DNA from: Azolla caroliniana
Taxonomy: Eukaryota; Plantae; Polypodiophyta
NCBI GenBank assembly: GCA_043228905.1
Contig: JBHGNT010000008.1
Location: 9,610,001 to 9,674,000, forward strand
Direction of reading: 5' to 3'
Length of the DNA: 64,000 bases
Every line of letters begins with the position of its first letter. Within the stretch, counting starts at the first letter, position 1. The notes beneath the pieces were generated by a model. It was not told where the DNA came from and searched no databases. It saw only the letters and a program-made list of their open reading frames with translations. Below, one piece after another: positions 61,472-64,000 of the stretch. Position numbers and translations under genes: made by a program.

Positions 61472-64000
61472 TGTTATGTGGAAGCTTCTTCTACATGGGA
61501 CAAAGAGAGGAGAACAAGGATCATACACGGGCTACAACCTGTTAAGTATGAACGTAGCCCGATTTACAAGTATAGGGAGAATACACAGATAGAAGTTTTG
61601 GAAAGGCGAAACTTATATTCCATAATAAAGCTTACAGTGATTACAATACTCGGCCTCAGTCGGAAATAGTACGTACAGAGCTAACTCCTATGATATTACT
61701 CTCGCTCAGAATGATCTAGATATCCCCCCATCGAGGTATGCAGACCTCGATTTATATACTTTTTCTTCATATAGAATCGAGCCATCAGCTGACTATGAGG
61801 CTTGAAACTCAACGTTTTCCTAAACTCTACCTTCCTCACCTACTAACCTTACCTACCGGTGTATTACATTTAACTGATTTATGTTTTTGTCCCATGGAAA
61901 ACACCTAGCATGGCCGTGGGACAGGACTTTGTCCGTCGAACCCACGGTTCACCATGGAGTTGGCAAAACAACACAAATTACAAAAATTGCACGTTCATTA
62001 CAAATTACATATTACACGTGGGCTTATAGGTTGGTTTTATTCCTCTTCCAATCTGCCAAGGATATCCTTGGGGGCATGGGGTTGGTTTGGTTGCTCGGAA
62101 GGTGGGGTTGGTGATGGAGGTTGTGTTGCCGAGTCGGGGAAGGCTGTGCCGATATGTGCGGCCTCCTCTGTTGGGACCGGTTCAGGTAGGGTCGGGGTTA
62201 TAGTCAGTGGCTCGGGTGGGATGTCGAGGTCTATAGGGGCAGGTTGCCGTGGGGAGTGTCTCGGTTGGGATATGGAGGTCTGTAGGGGCAAGTTCCTCCG
62301 GTCTAGCTGCCGCGGTGGGTGGCTCGGGTCCTTGCTCGTTGGTTGTGGGATCTCTGTTAATCCCGGTAGCGAGACGTTCCTCCTCGTACGCTTTGGCTTC
62401 TAAGTGAAACACCATAAGATTGTCGTTGAATTCTTCTAAAAGTTGCTCGATGGCCGTGGTGTGGGAAGCTGCTAAGGTATGATATTCCTTAGTTAAGTCC
62501 TCACGGAGGGCCTGGATGCTGGTGTCATCCATCTTGTAAAACCCTCAGCCCTCCTTCTTTCGGTTCTCAACATCCGCGCATAGTATGTGTAGGTCTGCAG
62601 CTTGGACTAACCACCCCTGCCAGACATGGTCAAGCGTTTCTTTGATCGTTGTGGTGAATTACTGGCGATACTTGTTGATTAGGACCTTGATTTTAGTATC
62701 TTCCATGCCGATGCTAGCGCGGTGAACTTCCATTGCCTCCCTTGCAGCCTTGGCTTCCGCTTGGCTTTTGCGGACTAGGAGTGCTAAATTAGCTTGATTA
62801 TCTTTTGCTTTTTTGGTGATGAGCGCGATTTTCTGCTAATAGCTTGTGGTGAGCTAAGCTACAATTTCGTCCATGTCCTGTCGCCAAGCATCCCGATGTT
62901 GTTCTCTGGCGACAATGTGCTCGGTTTGCAATTGGTGATACGCATCGGAAATTTTTGCTCTTTGCTCTTCCGAGATGTTCGTTGGCCATGTCTTGTAAGG
63001 CTCTTTGATGACGTCGTAATTCCTGGTTGTCCGCGAAGAGCTCTTGTTCCTGTTGGCTATTCCGCTCGGCTTCTTTGATGAAATGTTCTTTGGCCTCAAT
63101 GATAGAGACCTTAAGGGTCATCACCTCCCTTTCTCGTTCTTTGAGTGCGGCCGACCTTTCAGCAAGCTGGCGCTTGAGATCAGCTTCGCGGCTCGCGGCT
63201 TGTTCCCGTAGCTGGCCAAGACTGTTGTGGTGGTTCTGTTCTGCCAACTCGGCCAGAGCGATCTGGGCCTTTAGCTCCTCCTGGTAGTCTCGAAGGGGAG
63301 GCCCTGTCTAGGTTGCCACTTGCTGGATTCAAGGAGAGGGTTCCCTGTCTATCTGTGTAGATCGTTCCATGACGACCGGGGGTGGTGGCGTTTGCGTGGA
63401 GGATTGGTTGGATTGGGGGTGCGGGCTGATATCTGCTCGTGACGATGGCTCACTTATCTGTATCGAGTTCGTCAGTCTGCTGGCATCGACCGTGGCTACC
63501 CTGGGGTAGGTGGTGTCATCTTTGTGTGCATCGGTACCTTCAGCACCCGGGCTTGGGTTCAGAAGAGTGGCTGGTGAGACAACGTCACTCGGCGCAGGGA
63601 GGCTTAAGGGCGGCTGTTCTGGATGTTGTTGCTTGAATGTCGTCAGTTTCTCCTCGGCGGCTTGCCATAGCTCGGTAGCCCGTTTGGCTTGCTGATGCGC
63701 CGTTTTGATACATCGGGCCATGTCCTTTGCTGCCAGGGTAGTGCGGTGAGGATTGTGATATGCCTCAACTAAGGGCATGTTCAGATCTGGTAGTTCCATG
63801 AGAAGAGAAGCATTCTGTGCTTGCTTCTGTCTTCCTATCTTCTGTAAGGCTCGATCCTTGTGAGGTTCGATTTCACCCATTAGAGCGCGTTGAATCATCT
63901 TTGTTTCGGCGTGCTCCTCTGCCATACGAGTGGTAGCAGCTACTTGGGCACACGCGAGGAAATCCATTAACTCATATGTTGTGCCCAGTCGAAGTAGTGC
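61472..64000 (-). mobile_element. Element H: 3' end of a third Athila-like family (3' LTR ~61472-61903, third ORF), runs off the window
   Basis: Third-ORF fragments 62037-63967 are homologous to those of B and G; minus-strand TATATAAA at ~61758; degenerate tRNA-like site at 61906-61922. Confidence 0.75.

Overview
Eukaryotic, repeat-dominated plant DNA; a large-genome seed-free plant such as a fern is inferred from the retrotransposon lineages and intron size. One host gene is present: a 4-exon subfamily-III bHLH/ACT-like transcription factor (35035-58269, ~310 aa) whose 21.3-kb second intron holds a 17.7-kb nest of retrotransposons. Upstream is a TSD-resolved nest: LINE > Tcn1-like chromovirus A (402-21476) > Athila-like element B (3155-18510) > young intact chromovirus C (6552-13570). 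An intact copia D with identical LTRs (22208-27612) sits inside a second LINE. Main finding: three divergent Athila-like elements (B, G at 47091-53717, H at 61472->64000) have no polypurine tract. Instead each has a copy of a tRNA-Arg-like 3' end exactly 2 nt before the 3' LTR, so B carries two convergent primer-binding sites. The three share a conserved non-envelope third ORF, and B and G have internal inversions. Element A has a Tf1-type 12-nt self-priming PBS and a heat-shock-element array in its LTR. All coordinates and divergences were read by eye; lineage names and the tRNA assignment come from recalled motifs and need database confirmation.
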